64,000 bases of DNA. Origin: Candidatus Adlerbacteria bacterium. Lineage in GTDB: Bacteria; Patescibacteriota; Minisyncoccia; Phycocordibacterales; SBAW01. The stretch covers positions 43,138 through 107,137 of the forward strand of contig JAPLUW010000001.1 in assembly GCA_026397405.1 (NCBI GenBank), given 5' to 3'. Below, one piece after another: positions 1 through 9,705 of this stretch. The notes under the pieces were generated by a model, which was not told the origin of the DNA, did no database searches, and saw only the letters and a program-made list of their open reading frames with translations. The number at the start of each line of letters is the position of its first letter. Within the stretch, counting starts at the first letter, position 1. A program made the position numbers and the translations under genes.

Positions 1-3
1 ACA

Positions 4-2088
4 GTGGTCGCCAACAAACATATACAGGGCATTGTACAAGTAACTCGCAAAGGCGTGGGGTATCTTGCATGGCCTACGCCAGAGACAGAAACTGCATCTC
101 CAAAAGGAAAAACCAAAGAAGTAGAAGATATTGAAATAGATACAGCAAACCTGGGTGGTGCCTTAAACGGCGACACCGTGTCTGTTGAAGTTATAGACGC
201 AGGTTCACAGCCCAAAGCCTCGCCCGTAGGACGAGCACGGCCGAGGGGCAAAGTACTAAAAGTAGAAGTCCGCGCAAAAACAGAATTTGTTGCGACAGTA
301 AAAAAGACAAATGGGGTGTGGGTTGCAACCCCAGCCGACCAGCGTGTGTACCGGCCCATTACCTTGCACACTGTGCAAGAAGATTTGGCAGAGGGCACAA
401 AAGTGCTCGTGCAACTTACGTCGTTTACTGGCACCGAAGACCCACAAGGAAAAATTATCGAGGTTATTGGCACCGCAGGCGAACACCGTGTCGAGATGAA
501 CGCCATTGTCTTGGAACATGGGTTTAAAACCGAATTCCCTCCCGAGGTACTTGCCGAAGCTCGAGACATTGAAAAAAATCACGCATCTATTATTGCTTCA
601 GAAGTACCGAAACGTGCAGACTACCGCGACACACTCACGTTTACCATCGACCCGTTTGACGCTAAAGACTACGACGACGCACTTTCTATAAAAACACTAG
701 ACGCAGACACGTACGAAATTGGCGTACACATTGCCGACGCAACGTACTTCTGTGCACCGGGGACCGCTATAGACGATGAAGCTGTTAAACGCGGCACGTC
801 GGTGTACTTGGTCGACGCAACTATACCCATGCTCCCACACGAGTTGTCGGGCAATGTATGTAGTTTGAAAGCGGACGAAGACCGTTTGGCATTTTCAGCT
901 ACGTTTACTATTACAAAAGACGGCAAGGTGTTGGACCGCCGATTTGAAAAATCTGTTATACGCTCGAACAAACGTTTTACGTATGAAGAAGCCCAGGAGA
1001 TTTTAAACAGTGTCGATGGCATTAGTGCCGATGAAGGGGCTCCACAGCGCGACGGCGCGAGGACTGAGCAATTTCCTAGCAAGGAAATTGTGTACCCGGA
1101 ATCGGCAGCTGGTGCCGAGAATTTTGCGCAGGCCCTAGTAGTACTGCGTGATTTAGCCCGCGTTATGCGCCGTGCCCGCGAACAGGAAGGCGCGATAGAC
1201 TTTGGCGACAACGAAGTAAAATTTATCTTAGACGAAAAAGGCGTGCCTACGGGCGTTGTCCGTAAAGAACGTATCGAAACAAACCTGCTTATCGAAGAAT
1301 TTATGCTCTTGGCCAACCGCGAAGTAGCTAAATATGTTTCTAAACTTGCCGAAAAAAACCCTGAACACGGGCTGGTATTTTTGTACCGCATCCACGACGA
1401 CCCAAAGGAAGACCGCATAAGCGAACTTTCAACCTTTGTCCGCGCTGTCGGGTACGAATTCGGGCACGGAAAGAAAAAGTCTGCTCGTGACATTGCCCAC
1501 TTGCTTGAGCAAATTAAGGGCAAACCCGAAGAACATCTCATCCGTACCGCAACTCTGCGCAGTATGGCAAAAGCAATATATTCAACAAAAAATATCGGCC
1601 ACTTTGGCTTAGCGTTTGAATATTACACGCACTTTACGTCGCCCATTCGCCGCTACCCCGACATGCTCGTACACCGCATCCTTGCATCACACCTAAACGG
1701 CAAACCGATTACTCGCCGCGAATATGCAACGCTCGAAAAGATGTGCATCACCGCAAGCGAACAAGAGGCAAAAGCAACCTCTGCCGAGCGTGACTCTATC
1801 CGCTACAAACAGGTAGAATATTTGAGCGCGCGCGTGGGGCAGGAATTTGATGCGACAATTTCTGGCGTGACCGACTGGGGCTTATATGTCGAAGACAAAA
1901 TAAGCGCGTCCGAAGGGTTGGTGCGTGTCCGTACCATTGGCAACGACTTTTATACTCACAACCAAAAAGAATATGCGCTGGTGGGCCAGCGTACGCAAAA
2001 AAAATACACGCTCGGGGACACCGTGCGTGTAAAGTTGGTGGCGACCGACCTAGGAGCTAGGACGGCGGATTTTGAGCTAGTTCGCTAG
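4..2088 (+). CDS. rnr: Ribonuclease R (RNB/VacB family exoribonuclease)
   Basis: TIDPFDAKDYDDA catalytic motif, HFTSPIRRYPD, C-terminal S1 domain; start may lie just outside the window. Confidence 0.95.
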   Translation: MVANKHIQGIVQVTRKGVGYLAWPTPETETASPKGKTKEVEDIEIDTANLGGALNGDTVSVEVIDAGSQPKASPVGRARPRGKVLKVEVRAKTEFVATVKKTNGVWVATPADQRVYRPITLHTVQEDLAEGTKVLVQLTSFTGTEDPQGKIIEVIGTAGEHRVEMNAIVLEHGFKTEFPPEVLAEARDIEKNHASIIASEVPKRADYRDTLTFTIDPFDAKDYDDALSIKTLDADTYEIGVHIADATYFCAPGTAIDDEAVKRGTSVYLVDATIPMLPHELSGNVCSLKADEDRLAFSATFTITKDGKVLDRRFEKSVIRSNKRFTYEEAQEILNSVDGISADEGAPQRDGARTEQFPSKEIVYPESAAGAENFAQALVVLRDLARVMRRAREQEGAIDFGDNEVKFILDEKGVPTGVVRKERIETNLLIEEFMLLANREVAKYVSKLAEKNPEHGLVFLYRIHDDPKEDRISELSTFVRAVGYEFGHGKKKSARDIAHLLEQIKGKPEEHLIRTATLRSMAKAIYSTKNIGHFGLAFEYYTHFTSPIRRYPDMLVHRILASHLNGKPITRREYATLEKMCITASEQEAKATSAERDSIRYKQVEYLSARVGQEFDATISGVTDWGLYVEDKISASEGLVRVRTIGNDFYTHNQKEYALVGQRTQKKYTLGDTVRVKLVATDLGARTADFELVR

Positions 2089-2092
2089 AGAC

Positions 2093-2299
2093 TTAGTCGA
2101 GGTCGTCTTCCAACAACAAGTCTTGAACACTTCTCGGCAGATGTTGAAGCTCTTCATCCGGAACTTGTTGAGTTCCTCCAAAAGCCGCCGAACCTTCCTT
2201 AGGCCAGCGATGAATTTCATGGTCGACGAGAGTAAACTTGAAGTCGCCAGCTTCCACAACCTTGGGTTTTGACAATACTGCCTCCTTGTACGTTACCAA
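2093..2299 (-). CDS. Small hypothetical protein (68 aa)
   Basis: ORF exactly fills the rnr-smc gap with protein-like composition; TTG start uncertain. Confidence 0.5.
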   Translation of the reverse strand: MVTYKEAVLSKPKVVEAGDFKFTLVDHEIHRWPKEGSAAFGGTQQVPDEELQHLPRSVQDLLLEDDLD

Positions 2300-2320
2300 A
2301 AATACTATACAACTTTTTTA

Positions 2321-4561
2321 TTATTTTGCCACTGCAACAGCTTCTTCAAATTTAACCGACAAGAGTTTGGACACACCGTCTTGCCCCATAGTCACACCGT
2401 ACAAAACTCCGGCACGGCTCATTGTTTCGCGGTTGTGGGTTATCAAAATAAGCTGCGACTTTTCCGCCAAACTCTCTATCATGTCCCCATAGCGGCGCGA
2501 GTTTGCTTCGTCGAGCGCCGCGTCAGTTTCGTCCAGTATCAAAAATGGTGGTGGGTTAACTTGGCTCATTGCAAAAATAAGCGCGATTGAAGTAAGCGCA
2601 CGCTCCCCACCCGAAAGCATATGGAGGCCTTTGATGCGTTTGTGAGGCAAGGCAATGGTTATCTCCACTCCCTCTTCGATACCCCCTTCATCTTTTTCCC
2701 TAAACTGATCTTCTGAAAGATCAGTCGGGCGACCGCTCCCACGGAGCGGTTTAGTCTCTTTCACTATTGCGAGTACTGCCGAGCCCCCACCAAACATCAG
2801 CTTAAAGAAGCGGTCAAACTCGCTGTTTATTTTTTCAATTCCTTCAACAAATTTTACCTGCAACGTTTTAGTCAGCTCTTCAATAAGCTCACGCAAAGAC
2901 TGGGCCGACACTTCTAGGTCGGCAATTTCGCGCGCCAAAAACGCATCACGCTCGGCGGTTTCCGCATGCTCTTTCAACACTTCGGCAGAGTTGCCGGCAC
3001 CAAGTTCTTCCAAACGGATCTTCATGCGCTCCAACTTGCGGCGCCTGTCTTCCTGCACACTTCGAGCCTCTTCCGCAATGTCTGCGTCAGACACTACTTC
3101 CCCGCTTGCCGCACGGACTTCATACTCTTCATAGTTGCTTATAGCACGCCCAATAAGCACCGCTGCTTCGCCCAGTTCTTGTTTAAACTGCTCGCGCTCA
3201 CGGGTAAGTTTTTCTTCCCCGGCACGGGCCGCAGCCAGCACAGTTTCCAGCTCACTGCGGCGTGCCATAGCAGCAAAGAGTTCGCGCTCGGCTTCTCTGT
3301 TTGCGTCTTTTTCGCCTTCGATTTTTGTCCGCAAGGCACGCACCGCACTAGCAACACGCTCACTTTCGACTCGGAGAGTCTGTACTTCCTGCTCCAGTAC
3401 TTCTTTTCTTTTTCGTAGTTCTTCCAACGAATGTTCAGCAGCAGTGTTTGTGTGCGTCATGCGACGCAGAAATTCTTTTGCAAATACCACAAGTGCGGAC
3501 AGGCGGTTTTTTATTTGTGCAACGTCCAGGTTTAGTGTTTCTTCCAAATCTTTTTCTACCTGCTCTGCAAACGCACGCACGTCAGCGGCCGGAACAGACT
3601 CTTCTACTGTTTTAGAAATCCGCTCGTGCGCGTGCATCTCGCCTTCAATACGGCCAAGTTCGCGCACGACCTCCCCTTCACGAGCGCCAGCCGCACGCCC
3701 CGCCTGTTCCAGCCCAACTAACTCCGACGCACCGCTGTCGCCCTGCTTTTTAGCAACTTCGCCACGCAAATGGGCAATAGTTTGGTTTAACTGTGTGTGC
3801 TCTTCTTTTGGTGTGTCGTTTTCCTCTGCAAGGATACTTGCCGCAACACGCAAATATACGCTTTCGCGTTTAAAATATTCCAAATATGCGTCGGTCGTCT
3901 CGTTTCGCAACTGTTCCGACTGCTCAATTTTTTTGACTTGGTTTTGTAAAAAACGCAGGTGGGGCGCAAGTTCGCGGCGCAAACTACTTACCTCACGCAT
4001 GTTCTCGGCTGTCTTTTCCAACTTCCTCTCGGCCTCAACTTTTTTATATAAATATGCGGTCAACCCAAGCGCATCTTCTATCATCTCTCTGCGCTCGCGT
4101 GCACTGGCAGACAGTGCACGGTCGGCTTCGCCTTGCGAGATAATATGGTGCCCGGTTGCACCAATGTTCGCCTGCGAAAGGAGTTCGGAAATGTCACGCA
4201 GGCGCACTTGGCTGCCGTTTAGCAAGTAGTCGTTGCCCCCGTCTCGGTACACAACGCGCTCGAGTGCAACTTCGTCAAAGTCTAAATTTAATGCGCGGTC
4301 GCTATTGTCGAATACAAGTTTGACCGACGCTCGGCCACCTCGGGGCACCGCGGCCGAGCCGTTCCAGATCATGTCTTCGCCCCGTTTGCCGCGCATCGAC
4401 TTCATCGACTGCTCGCCAAGCACAAAACGAAAGCTTTCGGCAATGTTACTTTTACCCGAACCGTTCGGCCCCACCACAGACGTAATAGCCGACGCAAATT
4501 CTAACTGCGTCTTTTTAGCAAACGACTTAAACCCGCTTAGTTCTATCGACTTTAACCTCAT
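2321..4561 (-). CDS. smc: SMC-family chromosome segregation ATPase, short form with no recognisable hinge
   Basis: GFKSF, Walker A GPNGSGKSN, signature LSGGE, Walker B ILDETDAALD, ITH; coiled coil between; only 746 aa. Confidence 0.9.
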   Translation of the reverse strand: MRLKSIELSGFKSFAKKTQLEFASAITSVVGPNGSGKSNIAESFRFVLGEQSMKSMRGKRGEDMIWNGSAAVPRGGRASVKLVFDNSDRALNLDFDEVALERVVYRDGGNDYLLNGSQVRLRDISELLSQANIGATGHHIISQGEADRALSASARERREMIEDALGLTAYLYKKVEAERKLEKTAENMREVSSLRRELAPHLRFLQNQVKKIEQSEQLRNETTDAYLEYFKRESVYLRVAASILAEENDTPKEEHTQLNQTIAHLRGEVAKKQGDSGASELVGLEQAGRAAGAREGEVVRELGRIEGEMHAHERISKTVEESVPAADVRAFAEQVEKDLEETLNLDVAQIKNRLSALVVFAKEFLRRMTHTNTAAEHSLEELRKRKEVLEQEVQTLRVESERVASAVRALRTKIEGEKDANREAERELFAAMARRSELETVLAAARAGEEKLTREREQFKQELGEAAVLIGRAISNYEEYEVRAASGEVVSDADIAEEARSVQEDRRRKLERMKIRLEELGAGNSAEVLKEHAETAERDAFLAREIADLEVSAQSLRELIEELTKTLQVKFVEGIEKINSEFDRFFKLMFGGGSAVLAIVKETKPLRGSGRPTDLSEDQFREKDEGGIEEGVEITIALPHKRIKGLHMLSGGERALTSIALIFAMSQVNPPPFLILDETDAALDEANSRRYGDMIESLAEKSQLILITHNRETMSRAGVLYGVTMGQDGVSKLLSVKFEEAVAVAK

Positions 4562-4684
4562 TGAGCTTTAAGTATACCAAAAGAAACACCGCTATTGACA
4601 ATTTGCTATTATTAGTTCAAGCTACTAACTAGCGTAGCCTACGCGTACCTTACACAACACATTCAGAAAGAAAGACGGTGTACT

Positions 4685-5875
4685 ATGGCTAACTCTAGCC
4701 CGACTCCTCCCTGCCCCGGCAATGTCACGTTCGAACACGTCGCAGGCATCGCCTCTGGCTACCTCGTGATGACGAAGGACAACAAGCGTGTCTTGCCGAC
4801 CTTCAAGCTCGGAGGAAACGATTTCTTCGCCCAAAAGCACGTCCGTGACAAGCGCCTATTCTGGCGAGACATCACAGAACTCTTCGCCATATCGGGTCTC
4901 GGCGGCCAATTCCAGATGGTCGTCAAGGGCAAGCTCCCCGGCCGGCACCATACCAAGGGTCTCACTCTTGGCATACCTGCTGCCGGCGGGGCGATCTTCA
5001 GTATCCACTACGGGTCCAACGACGACCGGTTCGAATCCATGGTCGTTGCCCCACACGGTATGGACTCGAACCACTTCACCGGCCTCCTGAAAACCGGCAA
5101 GGGGCTGCTCGATAAGGAGACCGCCGACCAGGCGCTGGAACGTAGAGCCAGGTACGGACAAGCAGGGCAGGAACTCTTCGCACAGGAGGTGAAGAAGTTC
5201 GCGGAAAAGAAGCCCGTTGCTGCGGCCCCTCCACAGGCCAAAGCTGCGCCAGCTCCTGTTCCGACTCCTCCGCCGGCTCAACCACCCACACCAGCGGTTC
5301 CTGCTCCGGCAACCCTTCCAAAGGTTGCTACTCCTCGCAGTAAGGCGCTCTCTTCCGATTCCACCTCCATGACGCTCTATATGGAGGAACTCGGAAAGCA
5401 CGCCACACCCGACGGATACGTCAGCCGGGCAGACTGTCTTCGGGTTCTCGTGGACCAGTCGTTCGTCCAAGGACAGGGTGCTGGATCTGTCTTGGCCAGC
5501 CTCATCCGCGACGAACACCTTGTAACGTCATCGCAGAGTGAGAACTGGCTCAGCTTTGGCTCCAAGTGGCAGAAGTTGGCCAACACGCCTTCACTGCCTG
5601 CAGCTGGATTGAGCGACATCCAGCAGCTCACTGCCGTGACTACCGAGGAACGGGAGCTCCGCACACAACGGGAAGCTGTTGTGGCAGATATCGGCCGTCT
5701 CGAGTCGGAAGTCACCCGTATCGAGAGATTGCTGCAAACGCAGCGCGAGGTGCTCGCCACTTCACAAGCCGGACTGCAGGAAATCAACACGAAGCTCGCT
5801 GACCCGAAGTACGCGTCAGCGCGCGAACACGTCGAGATGATCCGTAGGCTCCTTTCGGATGGTTCCACCTCCTAG
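4685..5875 (+). CDS. Hypothetical protein with Pro/Ala linker and C-terminal coiled coil
   Basis: 396-aa ORF, C/G-ending codon bias, followed by a terminator. Confidence 0.8.
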   Translation: MANSSPTPPCPGNVTFEHVAGIASGYLVMTKDNKRVLPTFKLGGNDFFAQKHVRDKRLFWRDITELFAISGLGGQFQMVVKGKLPGRHHTKGLTLGIPAAGGAIFSIHYGSNDDRFESMVVAPHGMDSNHFTGLLKTGKGLLDKETADQALERRARYGQAGQELFAQEVKKFAEKKPVAAAPPQAKAAPAPVPTPPPAQPPTPAVPAPATLPKVATPRSKALSSDSTSMTLYMEELGKHATPDGYVSRADCLRVLVDQSFVQGQGAGSVLASLIRDEHLVTSSQSENWLSFGSKWQKLANTPSLPAAGLSDIQQLTAVTTEERELRTQREAVVADIGRLESEVTRIERLLQTQREVLATSQAGLQEINTKLADPKYASAREHVEMIRRLLSDGSTS

Positions 5876-5884
5876 ACCTACTAC

Positions 5885-5915
5885 CCCCAGCCATTCCAGG
5901 CTGGGGTTTTCTTTT
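5885..5915 (+). terminator. Intrinsic terminator
   Basis: CCCCAGCC-ATTCCA-GGCTGGGG followed by TTTTCTTTT. Confidence 0.8.
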
Positions 5916-5935
5916 CTATAAATTAAATTGTTGTT

Positions 5936-6628
5936 TTACCACCCCTTTGCTTCAAGTGCGGCGCGTGCAGCAGACTGTTCGGCTTCTTGTTTTGACTTAC
6001 CTTCGCCCTGTGCCATCAGTGTGTCTTTAACATACACACCGACAATAAAATGTTTGTCGTGGTCGGGACCAGTTTCCTTCACAACGCTGTAGTACGGGGT
6101 TGAGCCTTCGTGCTCCTGCACTTTTTCCTGCAACCCAGACTTTGCATCTTGCCACAAACGCTGCTTTACAATCTCGTCAATTTTTGGAAAGAGGTGTTCG
6201 GAAATAAATTGTTTGGCAGAGTCGTATCCAAGGTCCAAGTAAATTGCACCCACAACTGCTTCAAACGCGTTCGCCAAAAGCATCTGCCGTGCACGGCCAT
6301 TGTCTTTTGCCTCCCCTTTGGAAAGCAGCAAATAGTCGTTCATCCCAATTGCTGACGCGACTTCCGAAAGTGTAATTGCATTAACAAGTGCCGCGCGGTA
6401 TGCGGTTAAGTCGCCTTCGTTGCGGTCGGCGTATTTTTCATACAAAAAGTGCGTCGAAATAAGTTCGAGCACTGCGTCGCCCAAAAATTCCAAACGTTCG
6501 TTGTGGCCGTGTACTTCGCCCCGGTGCTCGTTTATATACGAGCGGTGGGTAAAGGCCTGCCGTAGGAGGTTAGAGTCGTTAAATGTGAGACCTATTTTTT
6601 CTTCAAACGACCCAAAATCTTTTTCCAT
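5936..6628 (-). CDS. rnc: Ribonuclease III
   Basis: NERLEFLGDAVL signature, C-terminal dsRBD (GKSKQEAEQSAA). Confidence 0.97.
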   Translation of the reverse strand: MEKDFGSFEEKIGLTFNDSNLLRQAFTHRSYINEHRGEVHGHNERLEFLGDAVLELISTHFLYEKYADRNEGDLTAYRAALVNAITLSEVASAIGMNDYLLLSKGEAKDNGRARQMLLANAFEAVVGAIYLDLGYDSAKQFISEHLFPKIDEIVKQRLWQDAKSGLQEKVQEHEGSTPYYSVVKETGPDHDKHFIVGVYVKDTLMAQGEGKSKQEAEQSAARAALEAKGW

Positions 6629-6633
6629 GCGGT

Positions 6634-7539
6634 TTATTTTTTAGTTAATTTCTGTATTGCTGTCGTGACAATAGGAAGCATGTCGTCATAAAAATTGAGT
6701 TCAAGCGCATCCTGCATGCGGAACCACTTTGCGTCGTCGAGCCCGCCCTTTTGTTCGAGCTGTAATTCTTTGTACGGCGACTCTGCCAAAAAGTACGTCA
6801 CGTGTTTGCGCTTTTTACCTACTTTAGGGTCGCTCGCAACATATTCGTTTTCTCCTATTTTTTCTTTTATCTCAATGCTCAGACCAATTTCTTCCTTTAT
6901 TTCACGCATCGTGCCCTCTTCGATAGTTTCGTTTGCAATGTCGGGGTTGTCGCCAATTTTGCCCTTAGACAAGGTCCAGTGGCCAAAAATGTCATGCACC
7001 AGCGCCAAATAAATGTCGCCACCATGTTTTGCGTACACGACAGCACCACCCAAATGCTGCACGGGCAGTTCTTCATACGGGACATCTTTTCTTTTTTTAG
7101 AGACCTCGTCTTTGCCGGGCTCGCCCAGTTCTTTATACACAGCGCCGAGCACACCGTTAACAAACCGACCGCTGTTTTCGCCGCCAAAGTTTTTGGCAAG
7201 TTCAATCGCTTCGTTTATAGCAACCTTTGCAGGCACCTTTTCGCGGTCGGCAAACAAAAGTTCGTACAACCCAAGGCGTAGGACATTTCTGTCGACAAGT
7301 GCAATACGGTCCAAGGGCCACTCGGGTGCAGCTTTTTCAATAACTAAGTCGAGGTCAGCTTTGCGCGCAACTGTGCCACGCAACAAATCTTCCATAAATG
7401 GAAGATCGCCCGCAGCCGGAGCAAATTCGCCCGCGTTACGCATGAGAGCTTCTTCTATAAAGTCATTTTTGCAATCACGAAAGTCCCACTCGAAGAGAGT
7501 CTGGAGAACTACTGACCGTGAAAGGTGTCTGTTTGCCAT
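6634..7539 (-). CDS. nusB: Transcription antitermination factor NusB fused to a C-terminal NUDIX domain
   Basis: MANRHLSR..., DRNVLRLG, INEAIELAK, FVNGVLG; then NUDIX box W-TLSKG...REIKEEIG; start set at ATG 7539. Confidence 0.92.
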   Translation of the reverse strand: MANRHLSRSVVLQTLFEWDFRDCKNDFIEEALMRNAGEFAPAAGDLPFMEDLLRGTVARKADLDLVIEKAAPEWPLDRIALVDRNVLRLGLYELLFADREKVPAKVAINEAIELAKNFGGENSGRFVNGVLGAVYKELGEPGKDEVSKKRKDVPYEELPVQHLGGAVVYAKHGGDIYLALVHDIFGHWTLSKGKIGDNPDIANETIEEGTMREIKEEIGLSIEIKEKIGENEYVASDPKVGKKRKHVTYFLAESPYKELQLEQKGGLDDAKWFRMQDALELNFYDDMLPIVTTAIQKLTKK

Positions 7540-7660
7540 ATGTGCTCCGCGTATGTGCGGAAAAGAACTTACGAACCTTAGAACCAGAAGCAAATCAAGA
7601 ATGGATCCTGCCTTACCTCTACCCCCAGAACCGACGTTGCAGTCGGCTCCTCGACTCTGC

Positions 7661-7885
7661 CTATTTTGTAGGCGCCGAGGCTTTTGCCTTACGTACTGCT
7701 TTTTTTTGTGCCTTAGCAGCTACATCGACAACAACACGGCCACGATACCGGCCGCACGATGGACATGCACGGTGAGATACACGCGTTGCACCGCACTCGC
7801 ATTTTGCGAGCGTCTGTGCGACTAGGGCATGGTGCGAACGGCGGTTTGCCGTATGCGCCCTCGTATGTCTCATCCTCACTACCAT
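7661..7885 (-). CDS. rpmF: 50S ribosomal protein L32
   Basis: MVVRMRHTRAHTANRRSHHAL...CECG...HRACPSCGRYRG zinc ribbon; start at 7885 inside the 165-aa track ORF. Confidence 0.93.
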   Translation of the reverse strand: MVVRMRHTRAHTANRRSHHALVAQTLAKCECGATRVSHRACPSCGRYRGRVVVDVAAKAQKKAVRKAKASAPTK

Positions 7886-7964
7886 GCCGCAACCATACCA
7901 AAAAGAGCTTAAAAAGACAAGGCGCGGGCCGTGGATTACTCGAGCCGGACTAGGAGCCGTGGCT

Positions 7965-8543
7965 TTAGTGGCAAAAGGTCTTTCGGTGCATCTCTGACAG
8001 CCCAAACTTTTGTATCGCATCCCTGTGGGCTTTTGTTCCATACCCTTTATGGACCTCAAAGCTGTACTCTGGGAACTCGCCTGCGCGCCTACACATAAGG
8101 CGGTCGCGCGAAACTTTTGCAACGATAGATGCCAAAGAAATAACCGGTTCACTCGCATCGCCGCGGATTATTGTTTGCTGCGCATATTCGGGAGGCGCGT
8201 GCAGCAAACCATCTAACAGAACGTGCACATTTTTTGTATCCGGTGAGAGCTTTTTTACTCCTTTATATACACACCCTCGCACTGCTTTTGTAATACCTAC
8301 AGTATCTATTATCTGCGCACTACTAAACTCCACACAAAAATCTATCTTCCCCTCCTTTCTATATATACATGCACGCGCGTAAATTTCTTCGCGCTTTTTT
8401 TCAGTAACTTTTTTTGAATCTCCAACTCCGGGGAATGCTTTTTTGATATCAAAATTTTCTGGTGCAGAAACAACCCCAATAGCAACCGGTCCCGCCAAGG
8501 GTCCTCTGCCAGCTTCATCAACGCCAATTAAAATTTTTACCAC
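7965..8543 (-). CDS. rnhB: Ribonuclease HII
   Basis: GVDEAGRGPLAGP, DSKK, LLDG, ASIVAKVSRD, HKGYGT; GTG start 6 nt after TATACT. Confidence 0.95.
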   Translation of the reverse strand: MVKILIGVDEAGRGPLAGPVAIGVVSAPENFDIKKAFPGVGDSKKVTEKKREEIYARACIYRKEGKIDFCVEFSSAQIIDTVGITKAVRGCVYKGVKKLSPDTKNVHVLLDGLLHAPPEYAQQTIIRGDASEPVISLASIVAKVSRDRLMCRRAGEFPEYSFEVHKGYGTKAHRDAIQKFGLSEMHRKTFCH

Positions 8544-8556
8544 ACTTGCAGTATAC

Positions 8557-8597
8557 AAAAAGAAAACCCTCGGCCAGCGTGGAGCGCTAGCCGAGGG
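8557..8597 (-). terminator. Intrinsic terminator of the M50 protease gene
   Basis: CCCTCGGC...GCCGAGGG stem followed on the minus strand by TTTTCTTTTT. Confidence 0.7.
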
Positions 8598-8603
8598 CCG
8601 TGG

Positions 8604-9596
8604 TCATTGAACTTGTGGAGAGGTGAGTTGTTCAGAGTGTTGTTTGACTTCGTGAGGCAGATGACCCACTTGCCAAAAAATGACGAACGACGCCAACACG
8701 ACGAGCCCGAGGTAGTAACCGAGCCACTTTGCTCGCACCCCACCTGTTGGATAGGCTCGGTCGTCAATATTGCCAGCATCGCCGTTTTCACTGCGTGCAC
8801 TGTCCTTGATCCAATACATCCCCGTGAGGATAATTGCAATGACACAGTCCATCACTGTGATGTGCCACGGTTGAGGGTCGCCGTATCCGAGGAACATCAA
8901 CGTCGCCATTGAGACACCCAGAATACCTGCAAGCCAAGGACGAAGCCAGAGTGTGAAGCGCTTAAAGCCGTCCAGACACAGTATCCAGATAAGCAGGATG
9001 CCAGGCTGACCTGTTGTAATGGTGTAAACGAGCAATACGCCAAGACCGACGTACTTGAACCAACCGCCAATGGCTTGCGTGACCCTGCCGCCATCCATTG
9101 GGCTAATCGGAATCAGATTGAACAGATTTAGAAAAATCCCAACGTAGCTCACCAGAAGTACAATCTCGGCGGTCTTGCCGTCCGTGAACGGCCATATCGC
9201 CAAGCATGCCAGTGCACCGATGGTTCCGAATAAGGGGCCTCCAAAGCCGACAAAGGCTTCGGTGTCGCGGTTGTCGAACTTGGGGGCAAAGATGACCGCG
9301 CCAAGGAACGGGATGAACACTGGGCCAGGTGTCTCATAGCCCTTCATCCGCAAGGCGATGATGTGTCCCATCTCGTGGATGAAGAGCATTGCGACTAGGC
9401 CTACACCAAACCACGGCCCCAGCCCTATGCCGTAGAGGACGGCTGAGATCGCCATAGAAATAACTGTGATCAGTGGCTTGGTGAACTTGAGCACCTTCAA
9501 AGCTGCGACGATTTTCGTTGACTTGATGAAGATAGTCATGGCCGCAAGCGCCAGTCCGATGTAGGATTTGCGCCTGCTCGTGTTGTCGTTTTCCAT
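8604..9596 (-). CDS. Site-2 protease (peptidase M50) membrane metalloprotease
   Basis: HEMGH zinc motif, GGP, NLFNLIPISPMDGG; many TM segments; SD GGAGG upstream. Confidence 0.9.
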   Translation of the reverse strand: MENDNTSRRKSYIGLALAAMTIFIKSTKIVAALKVLKFTKPLITVISMAISAVLYGIGLGPWFGVGLVAMLFIHEMGHIIALRMKGYETPGPVFIPFLGAVIFAPKFDNRDTEAFVGFGGPLFGTIGALACLAIWPFTDGKTAEIVLLVSYVGIFLNLFNLIPISPMDGGRVTQAIGGWFKYVGLGVLLVYTITTGQPGILLIWILCLDGFKRFTLWLRPWLAGILGVSMATLMFLGYGDPQPWHITVMDCVIAIILTGMYWIKDSARSENGDAGNIDDRAYPTGGVRAKWLGYYLGLVVLASFVIFWQVGHLPHEVKQHSEQLTSPQVQ

Positions 9597-9705
9597 CGTT
9601 TAACCTCCGTTTTGAAAAGGGCGACTGCCAAGGATAATGACAGGCATAAAGAAAATTGTCAATGTTTTACTAAAAGAAAAACTGCCCCCGAGGTATACTA
9701 AAAAT

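Noticed and set aside
669-7825. Long antisense ORFs (669-1541, 3135-4229, 7013-7825) and similar ones elsewhere
   Set aside because: They lie fully opposite well-supported genes and have Ser/Arg-rich shadow composition.
7886-8158. N-terminal extension of L32, and similar track extensions of dnaE, nusB, the GT2 and others
   Set aside because: They overlap neighbouring genes or intergenic signals; homology, and in most cases a -10 box, point to the downstream ATG.
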